Part shown: positions 26,169 through 37,715 of the stretch, piece after piece
Layout of the letters: every line of letters begins with the position of its first letter
Numbering within the stretch: the stretch's first letter is position 1
NCBI GenBank assembly: GCA_038496445.1
Contig: JALMLS010000215.1
Coordinates: forward strand, 62,001 to 126,000
Origin: Trichosphaerium sp. ATCC 40318
Taxonomy: Eukaryota > Protista > Tubulinea
Direction: 5' to 3'
Length of the DNA stretch: 64,000 bases
Position numbers and translations under genes: made by a program
Notes under the pieces: model-generated
The model's input: the letters and a program-made list of their open reading frames with translations, nothing else
What the model was told of the DNA's origin: nothing
Database searches by the model: none

Positions 26169-26204
<36 letters not shown>

Positions 26205-26666
26205 GTCGTGCAGTTTTTCGATAACACATTGACTTTAAAACATCTATTGTAATGTTTTAGTGTATGTTAAAGTATACATAATGTTTTTTAGGATATACAA
26301 AAAAAGATATTTTTACCTAAAAACAAGTTCTTGGTGTCGTTTCGTGTTAACAATTTTCTTTTTTTAGAAGTTGACATTTTTTTTTATCCTTTTTTGCTAA
26401 CGAATGAATCTCCTCTTTAGCGTTCTTTTTTACCCTCTTATGTTCATATCCATGTTATAAATGAGCCTAGGCAAAAAAGGTAATAAACCCCGGTAGCTTA
26501 ATGGAATACGTATAAATGCAAGTATACGAATGAAGTACCAGTGATTTTCTGTCTATATGTTATAAAACAGTAGCATAGTTACTATCTAGCTACCATACTA
26601 TTCTACAGGCTGCCACTTATACCCAAATATTCCACCTAACAAAGTTAGTAGACACAAAGGGTCCTT

Positions 26667-26727
26667 TGAATTCTCGCTTTACTTTGTGCTGATAGGAGGC
26701 TCGATGTTACAGACAACATACCGAACA
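26667..26727 (-). repeat. ~60-bp dispersed repeat, copy 2
   Basis: Inverted match to 4616-4674. Confidence 0.75.
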
Positions 26728-27443
26728 GGGCGCAGTTAACTTGCTCGCATTCTCTGTTTCACCTTGAACGCCTCTACAGAGAATGACTTCGAACAGCTAC
26801 AGTTGTAGTTCTAGACAATTCACAGTACTGTACTTGATAAAAAAATCGAGTGTTACGGGCAGCACACTTGCGATAGAGCGCTTGTAATAGCTTGCAAAGA
26901 AAAAAAATAAAGAGTGGCACTTCATCTGCTAGAATTAGATTTGAGTGAAACGTCTGATTTATATTGTTGAGTTTAATTTAGCGATTGTTCCAAACGGATA
27001 GATTTATCAACATTCAGTATTGGATAAAAAAAAATAACTCAGTTTATTCGGATATACTCTGCTAGCTTTTATGGCTTAATGGTGAGACAATACGGCACAA
27101 ACTACGCCCTTATTACTGTCCTAAAACCATTTTTTAACATCCTCATAACGTATGAGACAATTTTAAGTCACAGAGACAGATCAAAACTACAAAATTATGG
27201 AAAAATGTTTTACCTCAAGTGCTGGCTATTTCTATGCGTGGAAAGTAATAAAAAGTAGTTTTGAGCCAGTAAGAAAAATATCACGTGGCAGCCTCAATGA
27301 TTCGCTTAAATCGTCAAAAAATATCGTCCAGCATTGTCAACGTATTTCTCTGTTTACCGTACTACAGTACTGTAGTTGCCGCATATTTTTTTGACAGCCT
27401 CCGCCAAGCCAAGTATTACAACGAAATCAAAAGCGCTAATAAT

Positions 27444-28874
27444 ATGCGCAAATACAAACGTCATTTATTCAATCCAGTTAACACAAAAAAGAGAGATCAA
27501 GGCGTATTTGACCTTATTTCACTTCCAGTTGAATTAATAGTTCATATTCTGAAGCAAGGGACATATACACTCCCTTCAGCCCAAACTTGCCACTTTCTCC
27601 GTGATATCGTTCACAACCATGTTGGATACAATAAAATCATTGTTGATTGCGACCACGGAGTTTCGCTGCTTTCTGGTAGTCCATTACTGCAAAATACACC
27701 AATCTCTTTTCAACGATTTGAGCCAACCGACAGTGACTTGCGTTTAATTGCAGGAGTACACACTATCAAGTTGACAAATTGCAAGTCAATAACAGACGAA
27801 GGTATAGAGGCATTGGCAGGGGTACATAAGATTGATATTGGAGGTACTCATGTTACAGACAAAGGTTTGAAGGCGTTAGCACGAGTACACACTATTAACC
27901 TCAGGTGTTGCCATGGAATAACAAATGAGGGTATGAAGGCATTAACTGGAGTGTACAAAATAGATTTGCGAAATACATATGTTACAGATGAGGGTATGAA
28001 GGCATTAGCTGGAGTGTACAAAATAGATTTGCAAAATACATATGTTACAGATGAGGGTATGAAGGCATTAACTGGAGTGTACAAAATAAATTTGCGAAAT
28101 ACAAAAGTTACAGATGAGGGTTTGAAGGCGTTGGCAGGAGTACACACTATTCATCTCAGTTTTTGCCATGGAATAACAGACGAGGGTATGAAAGTATTAA
28201 CTGGAGTACATGATATTAATTTGGAAGATACAAAAGTTACAGATGAGGGTTTGAAGGCGTTAGCAGGAGTACACACTATTAACCTCAGGTGTTGCCGTTT
28301 AATAACAGATGAGGGTTTGAAGGCGTTAGCAGGAGTACACACTATTAATATCAGTTTTTGCCATGGAATAACAGATGAGGGTATGAAGGCATTAACTGGA
28401 GTGTACAAAATAAATTTGCGAAATACAAAAGTTACAGATGAGGGTTTGAAGGCGTTGGCACGAGTACACACTATTAATATCAGTTGTTGCCGTTTAATAA
28501 CAGATGAGGGTTTGAAGGCATTAGCTGGAGTGTACAAAATAAATTTGCGAAATACATATGTTACAGATGAGGGTGTCAAAGCATTAGCTGGAGTACATGA
28601 TATAAATTTGCAAAATACGGATGTTACAGATGAGGGCATCAAAGCATTAGCTGGAGTGTACAAAATAGATTTGCAAAATACAAAAGTTACAGATGAAGGT
28701 TTGAAGTCATTGGCAGGAGTACACACTATTAACCTCAGGTATTGCCGTGGAATAACAGATGAGGGTGTCAAAGCATTAGCTGGAGTGTACAAAATAGATA
28801 TGCGAAATACAAAAGTTACAGATGAATGTTTGAAGGCGTTGGTAGGAGTACACATTATCAACTTGCATTCCTAA
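27444..28874 (+). CDS. Intronless F-box/leucine-rich-repeat protein (LRR2), ~17 repeats
   Basis: First ATG in the frame is at 27444 after the conserved promoter block (the ORF track starts at a GTG); F-box head nearly identical to LRR1; tandem 21/22-aa LRRs; TAA at 28872 truncates the last repeat. Confidence 0.9.
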   Translation: MRKYKRHLFNPVNTKKRDQGVFDLISLPVELIVHILKQGTYTLPSAQTCHFLRDIVHNHVGYNKIIVDCDHGVSLLSGSPLLQNTPISFQRFEPTDSDLRLIAGVHTIKLTNCKSITDEGIEALAGVHKIDIGGTHVTDKGLKALARVHTINLRCCHGITNEGMKALTGVYKIDLRNTYVTDEGMKALAGVYKIDLQNTYVTDEGMKALTGVYKINLRNTKVTDEGLKALAGVHTIHLSFCHGITDEGMKVLTGVHDINLEDTKVTDEGLKALAGVHTINLRCCRLITDEGLKALAGVHTINISFCHGITDEGMKALTGVYKINLRNTKVTDEGLKALARVHTINISCCRLITDEGLKALAGVYKINLRNTYVTDEGVKALAGVHDINLQNTDVTDEGIKALAGVYKIDLQNTKVTDEGLKSLAGVHTINLRYCRGITDEGVKALAGVYKIDMRNTKVTDECLKALVGVHIINLHS

Positions 28875-29003
28875 CACAATATAACAAAAAATGGTATAAG
28901 GGCCTTGGTAGGCACAGACCGTATAATAACATAAACATATCAAGACTAGGCAAATTGTTTAAAAGACAAAAAAAAACACAAAAGAAAAAAAGACATATTG
29001 TAT

Positions 29004-30421
29004 TTAATAGAATGGTTGTACAAGTGGGTTACAAATATATGGTTCAATTGATTCAGGTAATCTACAAACACAAATACCAGATAAATCTGGTTTGAAAAAT
29101 ATACAATAAATAGAGCCATTCCAACAAGCCATAGTTTGAATATTTAAAAGACGTGCATCTCTAAAACGAAAATCTTTCATTTTCTTTTCGCCATCAATGT
29201 CTAATTTAAAAGAAGTAAAAACTCCATTAGAAAGACTCCATACAGCCACCATATTTGATTCTGCATCGCCATAGTGTTTAGGCATTCTTGATGCTACAGC
29301 AAACTCACCATAACAACAAGATTTATAAGATGAACACGACTTTTGTGTTACGCCATTTGCAATACCTATTAAGTTATAATAAACACCTCCAGGCCCACTG
29401 CATATCATGAATGCGATTTTAGATACTTTATCATTGTCTATATAATGAGTAGCAAACACATTGTCTGCAAGGTCATCGCAGATATTAGGATTTTCAGCAA
29501 AGAAACAAACTTCGACATCAGATGATGAAGAAGATGTATCTAAGGTACACTTAAAAATACCTTTGTTCTCGCCTGCAATGAAGTAGAATACATCAGGATT
29601 GTTGGTATCGGTGCATACACAACCATCTTCAGTAACATATACAGGAGCGCCATTATATTTGAGAGATAACTCGCGAACAGAGTTGGTTGATGTGTCTAGA
29701 ACTGATAGTGTCTGGAAGCCTAGCACAAAAACGTGTTTATCGTCGCAAGAGATTGCTAATTTCATGCAAGGAGTCTGCAACATTACAGCTTCTGATCCTG
29801 GTTTTGTAATATCAACAATACATATACCTGCCTCACAACCTAAGTACGCCTAGAAAGAAGGAACTAAGCGATGAACAAAACACTGGTTTTTTTCAGATTT
29901 TTTTGAGAAAATGCCAAATTTAGTGCTAGAAAAAAAAACGACTTGTTCGGTTAAGCACGGTTTGTTTTCGTACCTTGCCTGCGCTTGAGATGTCTCCGCA
30001 TTTGATGTCGTCGTAAAGACGTTTAACTGGGTCAGGGGTAAGCGGAAACTCCAATGATACTATAGCAGGGTCGAATGTACGTCTCTACGCGTTGTGAGTG
30101 CGTTTAAGGCAACAAACCAAGAATTCTTCGGCAATCAGGCCCGTTGGCTTTATTTCGCCCGAACAACCTCAAAAAACAACGTACAGCGTATATTTCAGTG
30201 CGTTTGTGCAGGTGACGTAGAACCTGACTTGTACATTCTATTGCATTCGCTGATTTATCATCTAAGCTATTCACGATACGATAGTAGAGTTGTCTAGGTA
30301 TGTAATATATATAATTACGTCCCACAGTAGCATTCGGTTGTGTTTGTCTCTGTATGGAGGTAGGAATGTGCGTAGGTGTATCTGCAGGCGTAGGTAAGGG
30401 GTTGTTGCCAAAATTACCCAT
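29004..30421 (-). CDS. Putative N-myristoylated F-box-like protein with a beta-propeller-like C-terminus (multi-exon)
   Basis: MGNFGN start; IPRQLYYRIVNSLDDKSANAIECTSQVLR is F-box-like; exons join to the large 29850-29004 exon of short beta-strands (HVFVLGFQTLSVLDT, VFYFIAG..GIFKC, MACWNGSIYCIF). Confidence 0.6.
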
Positions 30422-30617
30422 GTTTTATGCTTTTGTGTTTACCAACCTTAGAAATTTGGTTCATTTTTAGATTTTACGAATATTAGTTTGTAAACTTGGT
30501 TACCGTTGCCGCAATTCCTTAAAGTAGTACTTTGTCTGTTCATTATATGATTGTAGGGCCACTTCAGGTTGCCTGACATAAATGACATGAACTTTTTAGG
30601 GGAATACCACAGTCAAA

Positions 30618-30795
30618 TAAATTAAGCCCTTTCGACATCTCTTTATCCTCACGGCTTTTAAACCTCGTAACGTATTGATAACAACCCAACAAAGACTACA
30701 GAACACAAGCATGAAAAGAACAAAGTGCACAGAACTGCACGCATACAAAACCTCAGAATACCGAGCTTCTAGACATTCCTACAGAGATAATCGCT
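30618..30795 (+). repeat. ~170-bp degenerate direct repeat, copy A
   Basis: Aligns with 34634-34794 (taaattaagcc-tttc...ttatcctca...aacgtatt...aaagaacaaag...gcatacaa...acagagat). Confidence 0.65.
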
Positions 30796-31265
30796 AAAAA
30801 ACGCAGGCATGCATGCATAGCTGTAGGGTAAAGGTAGTTTTAACGTTTAGTATCTTTTCTCATTATTTTCTTGTTCATATTTTAGCTAAGAATCTACCAT
30901 CCTCTATCTTAAATACTTTTTGACTAAAACGAATTTTGTGAAGTATAGTTTGTAAGAAATCACGTGATAAGTTATTGCCATACATGCACGATTAATGGTG
31001 TTAAAAAGACTACGGCAACCACGCTCATTTTCTATTGCTTTTATTGACAATTAAATTAACAAAAGAAACTAGAAGTTTTGATGTATCTTTAGTTCCATTA
31101 TACATGGTGTTAATATCTGCTTCCGTTGCAAAGGTTCTTCGCCCAAATAAAATGTCCTAGCTTTAACTGAAATACAACACCACATGACGTTATAAACAGA
31201 TCAATAACTGTTCAAAGAATATTGCTCAGGGCTCACAAAAGTAATTCATGTTATTACATACCATC

Positions 31266-34200
31266 ATGAAGATTGCTTCAACTGCACTTTGTTTATGTTT
31301 AGGTGGGTATACCTACCTCGTTATAACTGACTAATACGCCCACCTAGCTATTTTCAACCTTACATTCGTTGAAGGACAGCCAATGGAGGAGTACTTTTGG
31401 ACAGGCGTTCGTGGTTCATTTTGCTTTGTTTGTGGTTTGATATTAAACTTAGGCACTCGATGACCGTTTCGCTTGTGCCGCAAACTGGTAAGGGGATAAT
31501 ACAAATTACATTACAATTTTGCTCTTGCGTTTGGATAGGTGCTTTTTTTCGTGAAGCAAAATCTGGAAGTATTGGTAGTTTTTCTCATCATTCGTTGAAA
31601 ATATACTATAGTATTCCCTCGTTGAGGAAACTCAATTCGTTGGGAGAAGGGTTTTTTGGAAATACACAAAAGCCTCAGATTTCTTCCAGATTTTCCCTTT
31701 TGTAAAGAGCTTTTCATCGAAATAAGAGTTTGAAAACTCTAGGGTTTATCACTTGCTTGTTTTGAAGCTCAGTACAAATATTAACAACTATTCCAGGGAA
31801 TGTACACCAGTACCATCTTGTAACCCTCCGCCATTCTTTAATTCTGGCGTACGTACAACTCTAAATAGCGAGAAAAACCAAAAAGTTGATGTATGTTTCT
31901 TGTTTTAGGTTGTAATCTTTAGACTATCTGAAACCTCCTTTGTGACTATGACAGGATCTTACACCACACCACCGCTATTTCGGGAACCTTTAACAGGTAC
32001 AAAATGGCTACAATCTCAACCTGTTTACAACGAAACTCAAAATCTTTCTTACTTTTATTCTATGTAGGTGATGTAAACATTGAAATATCATCCGGCGCTG
32101 ATGTACAACTTTATTTTAGAGAGGGAAAAACTAAACTAGTTTTTGTTTTGTAGGTCACCTTAACTTCCTTCCTTGGAGCGCGTATGGCTGGATTTAACTT
32201 CTTCTATGCTGATTTTCAGGAATCCATCGTTAGTTTTTCAGGTTCTGTATTCAATCCAGACACTTTATCTTTAGAAAGAGGTACCCTTCTGTCTTTCTAC
32301 TATGTTGTGCAATTGTGGTAACAAAAAAACCTCAAGGTATACGCGGTGCTTTTCAACTCCACTCTACGAGAGGAGTCAATCTTGATTTTCTGGCTGGTCC
32401 TTACACAATTATAATTGGGTTCCGTCACTTTCAGGTGCCTGGATTCGAACCTGAGTACATCTTCAAGTACGTCATTTTACTCTATTACAAATGACAACAT
32501 TTTGTTTTAATTCTCTTCAAAAAGGCGAACAGTTATTGATGATAGTATTGGTGTAATTGGCCATATCGCCAAGAGGTTAATTATATTTCTATCAGAATCA
32601 ACAGGCCTTGTGTCAGCGTTTTTTGATTTTCGTATGACTGAAAGCTTGGACAAAACAGGAATCTATCCAACTGAAGTGTTTGCAGAGAAGGATACAGATT
32701 TACTCTCTTTCACTTCAGAATCTGGTTTCGTTGCCACTGTGGATGGCAGTCCTTTTATTATCAAACAGTCAAGACAATCTGTGATTGGAGGAAACTGGAT
32801 GTTTACATCAGGAGGATCACTTCAACTACTTGGTCAAGGTGTACGTACTTGCTTTACTATATTTTATTCTTATCTGTTCTTACAACTATTTAGAGCTGTA
32901 GTTTTGAAGGTATATTCGCTGGAGGGTCCTCTACAAAACGCTCTTCAGGTGCTCAAGGACAACTTGTTGTATCATCGCCCATTGTCACATTCACCGCTTC
33001 ATCACAACTACAAAACATGGAAGGTATTGTAAATGTCACTGTATCTATATATTAATGGCTAACCAAATTGCGAAACTAGTTGTTGTGATGCATGATAGAG
33101 TTGATGATGAAACTCGTCTTTCTTTTGAAACAAACAACATCAATGACTTGTCAATAGATGCAAGAAGCCAAACTCGTATTTTATCTTCGCTTGTTGATCT
33201 CAGCTTTGTACGTTTCCAAATAATACACTTTGTGACTTAAACATTGAAGGTGTGCTTAAATGCACCTGATTCCAGCGATCTTACTCTTGATAATGTCGAT
33301 GTCATAACAGGTATCGCTGAAGGAAACAGAATCGTACTTGATGGATCCAAAGTGTGTATCAATAATCCTTTTCGTTGTTCGCTAATGTTTAACAGCTCAC
33401 AATTACAAATACAAATGAAAACCTCAATAGCATTACTTTCACTACAATCCAAAGTGAGTTGATAGTTGATACTTCAACCACTCAAACATATGGTAACATG
33501 GGGTACGTGAGGCTTCAAACCATGCTAATTTGAGCTGTTTTATTCTCTATGTACTAATACATAATGATAGTCTTAATATGAATGGTCCAGGTGTTCTCTG
33601 TATTCGTCAAGGGAAACATCAAGTTTCCAACCTTGAGGCTGGCTCTAGAGTTGTAATTGAATCAGGACAGATAACGATTGATCAATCAATTCTATCAAAC
33701 AACGTCATGATTATCAGTACATCAACCGCTCCAATGAGGAAGGTTGTATCGACGTTACCACTAACTGGACCATTAAATCTGGATGTAGAGTCTGATCTTG
33801 ATTTCTCGGGCGACGTTACATTTAGGCACGTGTCAATACTAGTTTTTGTTTGTTACAGTCGTTTCTTATACTCATACATCCTTTTTTAGTGGTGATACTA
33901 CCATACGCCTGTATTTTGTAATGGGAGTGTTGCAAGGAAGTGTAAATGTTGTTGGTGTATGTGAGTACTTAGATGGAAAACATTAATGTGTTTTGTTTAG
34001 ATATGGAACCTTGCAGTACCTATCAATGTCGAAATAGTACTCTCTGATGGGATAGTGCCCTCAGGACAGGTAACCATTGCAACAAATGAAATGGGACAAT
34101 TTATGGGCGTGCCAGGGAATGTGGTTTGTCCATCATGTCCAATGACACCATCTATTACTGTTTGTACAGCATCAATTGCTATAAATTTCGGTACATATCA

Positions 34201-34324
34201 AACTTATTTGCTGTCAGCTTAAGATCCAGTAGGACCAACTAGAACAACACTGTGCACTGAAAAGAGAGCCCAAAGGAACCAACGAATGTGGCTCACAATA
34301 CAAGAAACACGTGCGAAACGTTAG
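31266..34324 (+). CDS. Secreted multi-exon beta-rich protein of unknown function
   Basis: Signal peptide MKIASTALCLCLAIFNLTFVEG, YFWTG motif, many G/S/T/N-rich beta-strand exons, Cys-containing C-terminus (VVCPSCPMTPSITVC); some junctions and the last exon uncertain. Confidence 0.65.
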
Positions 34325-34633
34325 TGATTTACAAATAGCAACCCTTTTTTTGGAAAAAACAAAAATTACATAAATTGTAACTTAACTTCGTAAAAAAGAA
34401 TAAGTGTTTACAGACGATAAGTTTATTGTATAAAGTTTTGTATTACAATTATGTTGTCGTCTTTGAAATTGCAGTAGTTGACCTTCACGTTCTATTTGAT
34501 GTTGAAGGTAGGTGCTACAAACCAAAAGCTCCTCAACATCCTGACTCACCAAACGCCCATGAATATTTATGAATGAATATGGCTTACGGGACAATGAATA
34601 TGAATATTGCCTGTATTCATAACGGAAGGGCGT

Positions 34634-34794
34634 TAAATTAAGCCTTTCAACAAATCTCTTATCCTCATGCCGTTTTAACCTTGCAACGTATTAAGAACAC
34701 ACAAACTTACTAAGAAATACTAAAGAACAAAGCACACCACGCACAACAGCATACAATACGGAACCAAGTACCAAACTTCACAGAGATTATCACT
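34634..34794 (+). repeat. ~160-bp degenerate direct repeat, copy B
   Basis: Aligns with 30618-30795. Confidence 0.65.
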
Positions 34795-35258
34795 CTCTTT
34801 TCTTGGAGTACGCCTTCATAGTTCCAATTTCCCAAAGCTGTACGACTAAGGACGATAAGTATAAAATCTGTGTTATTAATGTATTTACATGGAGATGGCT
34901 TGCAGCACAGGTAGCCCTACGAAATGCTGCAAGCTAGTCTAATAATGTATTAATAAGGACTACTTATGAGATTCAAAGACAAGAAGTCACGCGCTTGCTA
35001 CTAATCTGGAGTAAGCAGCATTTAAAAAGTAAAAGGTATGCAATAAAGTTATATCAAGTATTTGCAACTGAAGGCACTTAACTGCTTGAGTAATAGTATT
35101 TCTTCCGAAGTCTTGTTGCAGATGTAGAAGCTTACAGTGTTGAGCAGGACATGTTTCCAAAAACCAGTTTTTGGTTTGGATTCGAATGATTCAAAAAGTC
35201 ACGTGATTTCGTTCCGCTTTCAACAGTAACTTTCTAGAAACAGACGTCTCCTCTTAAA

Positions 35259-36267
35259 ATGAACTATAAAGTGCTTATTCTTGCGATTTGTATTACCGCT
35301 ACAACATTAGCATTCCCTACAAACCCGTTTAGCGTTTGCCCCGCAAATAGCGATAGAATATGTATGGGAATGTGCTCATCAGATGTGAGTAACGCGACTA
35401 CTGCTCTTGGTATTACTCCAGCAATGTCTGAGTACTCTCCAGATGGTGTTCATACATTCACAATTACAGCTAGCGCTACAAGTACTTACCAGGTACGCTA
35501 GATAGAGAAAGATTGTGCCTGTTATTGGAAGTTTTACGCACAAAAAAAATCACTTACCAAAACTTCCGTAGGGCTTCGTTGTTTCGTTTTATACAGGAAC
35601 TACAGCGTCAAGTACTATCGTAGGTACCGCTGATACATCTGATGCCGCATTATCAGCTGCGTTGAGCGGGTTCAGTGTTGCTGAATGCGAAGGAAGCTTG
35701 AGACAGACTGATGGTACCGTAAAAGCTGAAGACAAAACATTCACATGGACAGCACCAAGTGCGGGAGCTGGTTCAGTAACTATGAGCGTACGTTTTTTAT
35801 AAATACAGGAGAACAGTAAATTTAAAGCTACCAGCCAATGAATGTTGTAAAATGAGGCTCACAGTGCTTTCTTTTTGTTTTTTTTTTGTCAGGTTTTTTT
35901 GAAAACAACATGTTTGCGTGGAACCAGCATTTAACTCTACCTTTTATACATCCCTTCATAAAGTCGCTGTTTATAGTCTGAAAATGCACGTTTTTTAGGC
36001 GCGTGTAGCAATCTAAACTCGTTTTTTTTTGTCACGTGATTGCATTAGAATGTTATCGTTAATTGTATTGTTTAGTATTGGTTCGTTATAACACGTCCAG
36101 GGGTTACGACATGTGAATGGGTGTCGGGATCTATGGTCATGACAGAAGGACAACCAACTCCAACGGAAGCACCTACAACTGTAGCACCTCCTACATCTTC
36201 TTCGTTTATTACGCAGATGTCATTATTTTTACTTTCAACTTTGCTCTTATTCGTCCTAAGGATGTAA
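35259..36267 (+). CDS. Reeler-domain GPI-anchored protein (3 exons)
   Basis: Signal peptide; AFPT...C; YSPDGVHTFTITA...YQ|GFVV; KTFTWTAPSAGAGSVTM (reeler signature); PT linker; hydrophobic C-terminus. Confidence 0.8.
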
Positions 36268-36442
36268 AAAATTTAATATTGTACGCGAGCTTACTGATCT
36301 GGTATCTCACTCTCAAATAAACATAACTATAAAACAGCCCAATACAGAAGGAATTTAATTCTTAGTTTTCTTGTGGCTGCTGTGAGCAGTGGACAAACAG
36401 TGTTTTGGAAGTTGATAAAATCTTTATTACATAACATTACTC

Positions 36443-37432
36443 TTAATTCATCCTCAAAGCAGAAGCTCGTCCGCTGAGCATTGTAACAGTTTTAGTACAA
36501 TCCTGTGAAATTAGGTGCTGTAGTTTATCATGGATCTCCTTCCACTCAGTAAACGAAGGAAGAACAAGTGGGTGAGCATCCAACAAGTCAGCTACAACTT
36601 GAGCAACTTCAATATTTTTCTCATGCAATTCTTTAGCACAAGCTCCGGATAACATTGCTCTACATTGTAACGCAACAGATCTATTATCTGATGATAGCTT
36701 ACCAACGTGAATACCATGACGAATAGCTGAAGGAGTAGTACAATAAACATCACCTGGGTTAATATCAATAGTGGCTTGTTTTCCATCCTTCAAAGTAAAC
36801 CCAACAGTCCTCGATCCATTTAACGTTATTGATAAGTGTAATGCTGAAAACACGTGATCAGTGTGTTGTAAATCTTCCAGTAGATGTGACTTTTCGCCAT
36901 AGTGGACTTGGACTGCGATATTTCTGAAAGCGCCATCGACAAATTGGCCAACAGTTTTCTCTGAAAGACCTAATTTTTTTAACTGTGCTCTTAGATTTAA
37001 AAAGAAATCCTGATTGAGAGCGTGTATGCCGTTTATAAAAGCCACTATTTCTAGAGGTACAGGTGTATGGTTTGTAGTTATTGCATCACCTGTATATTTG
37101 AAGTATCTTGCAGAAGACGTGTAGATAAAGTCTCTTTTTTCTTGTCCATGACATAAAGCCTCCCAATAGTTATGATTTCGCCCGTATTCGTTCCCACGGT
37201 CGTAGTAGAATGGTGTGAACTCCTTACGCTTTGGATTTATCATTTCCTTCTCAAATGGATCAAAGTCGTTGCGCTTTTCTACGGACATGCTCTCAAAAGG
37301 TCCTAGGGAGTCTAAAAGCGCTTTTGTAACATCTTGGCTTAAACCAGGTTGTTTTGCTAATAAAGTAGCACGTTCAAGGCGTCTTGTTGGGCCGCGATAT
37401 ACTTTATCAAGAGCGGTTGATGTATTGCCCAT
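36443..37432 (-). CDS. Intronless 2OG-Fe(II) dioxygenase-like (AlkB-type fold) protein
   Basis: 329-aa single ORF; HTD...LSITLNGSRTVGF...INPGDVYC...RHGIH...RSVALQCR gives the HxD...H...R double-stranded beta-helix pattern; MGNTST N-terminus. Confidence 0.75.
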   Translation of the reverse strand: MGNTSTALDKVYRGPTRRLERATLLAKQPGLSQDVTKALLDSLGPFESMSVEKRNDFDPFEKEMINPKRKEFTPFYYDRGNEYGRNHNYWEALCHGQEKRDFIYTSSARYFKYTGDAITTNHTPVPLEIVAFINGIHALNQDFFLNLRAQLKKLGLSEKTVGQFVDGAFRNIAVQVHYGEKSHLLEDLQHTDHVFSALHLSITLNGSRTVGFTLKDGKQATIDINPGDVYCTTPSAIRHGIHVGKLSSDNRSVALQCRAMLSGACAKELHEKNIEVAQVVADLLDAHPLVLPSFTEWKEIHDKLQHLISQDCTKTVTMLSGRASALRMN

Positions 37433-37715
37433 ATTGTTGAGTAAATTTGTTTTCTGGTAAGCGACATTTATTTGAAAACCAGGCTAAAAACAAAAGCTCA
37501 CTTAACAGCAAGCTTGCACCTTGTTAAGGAGACTTCGTAGTTCCATTTACAAAAAGTTTGCAAGTCTTGAGAATACTGCCGCCGTGACTTACGTGCAATC
37601 CTATTAGGACTCTGAGGAACTAATACCGTGCTAAAAAAAAGTTTTGCTTTTAATCAGCTCTCGGTTGAAAGCATGCAAAATTGTTTTATTAACATAAGTC
37701 AGTTGAGTGCTATTT

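Noticed and set aside
26177-26203. Long poly-A run as a retroelement tail
   Set aside because: No adjacent element body or TSD; A/T tracts are ubiquitous in this genome
27285-27443. N-terminal extension of LRR2 in the ORF track
   Set aside because: Starts at GTG; the homologous block upstream of LRR1 is not in an ATG-initiated frame and looks like promoter sequence
27750-28870. CRISPR-like array or DGR template/variable repeat
   Set aside because: The repeats are in-frame coding LRRs in a eukaryote; no unique spacers, cas genes or reverse transcriptase, and variation is not adenine-restricted
657-28874. LRR1 and LRR2 as terminal inverted repeats of a ~28-kb giant transposon or endogenous virus
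   Set aside because: The interior holds ordinary intron-rich host genes, with no transposase, polymerase or capsid
28872-28874. Stop-codon reassignment
   Set aside because: TAA, TAG and TGA all end intact genes here (kinase TAA, COX11 TAG, PL14 TGA), and long exons have no in-frame stops
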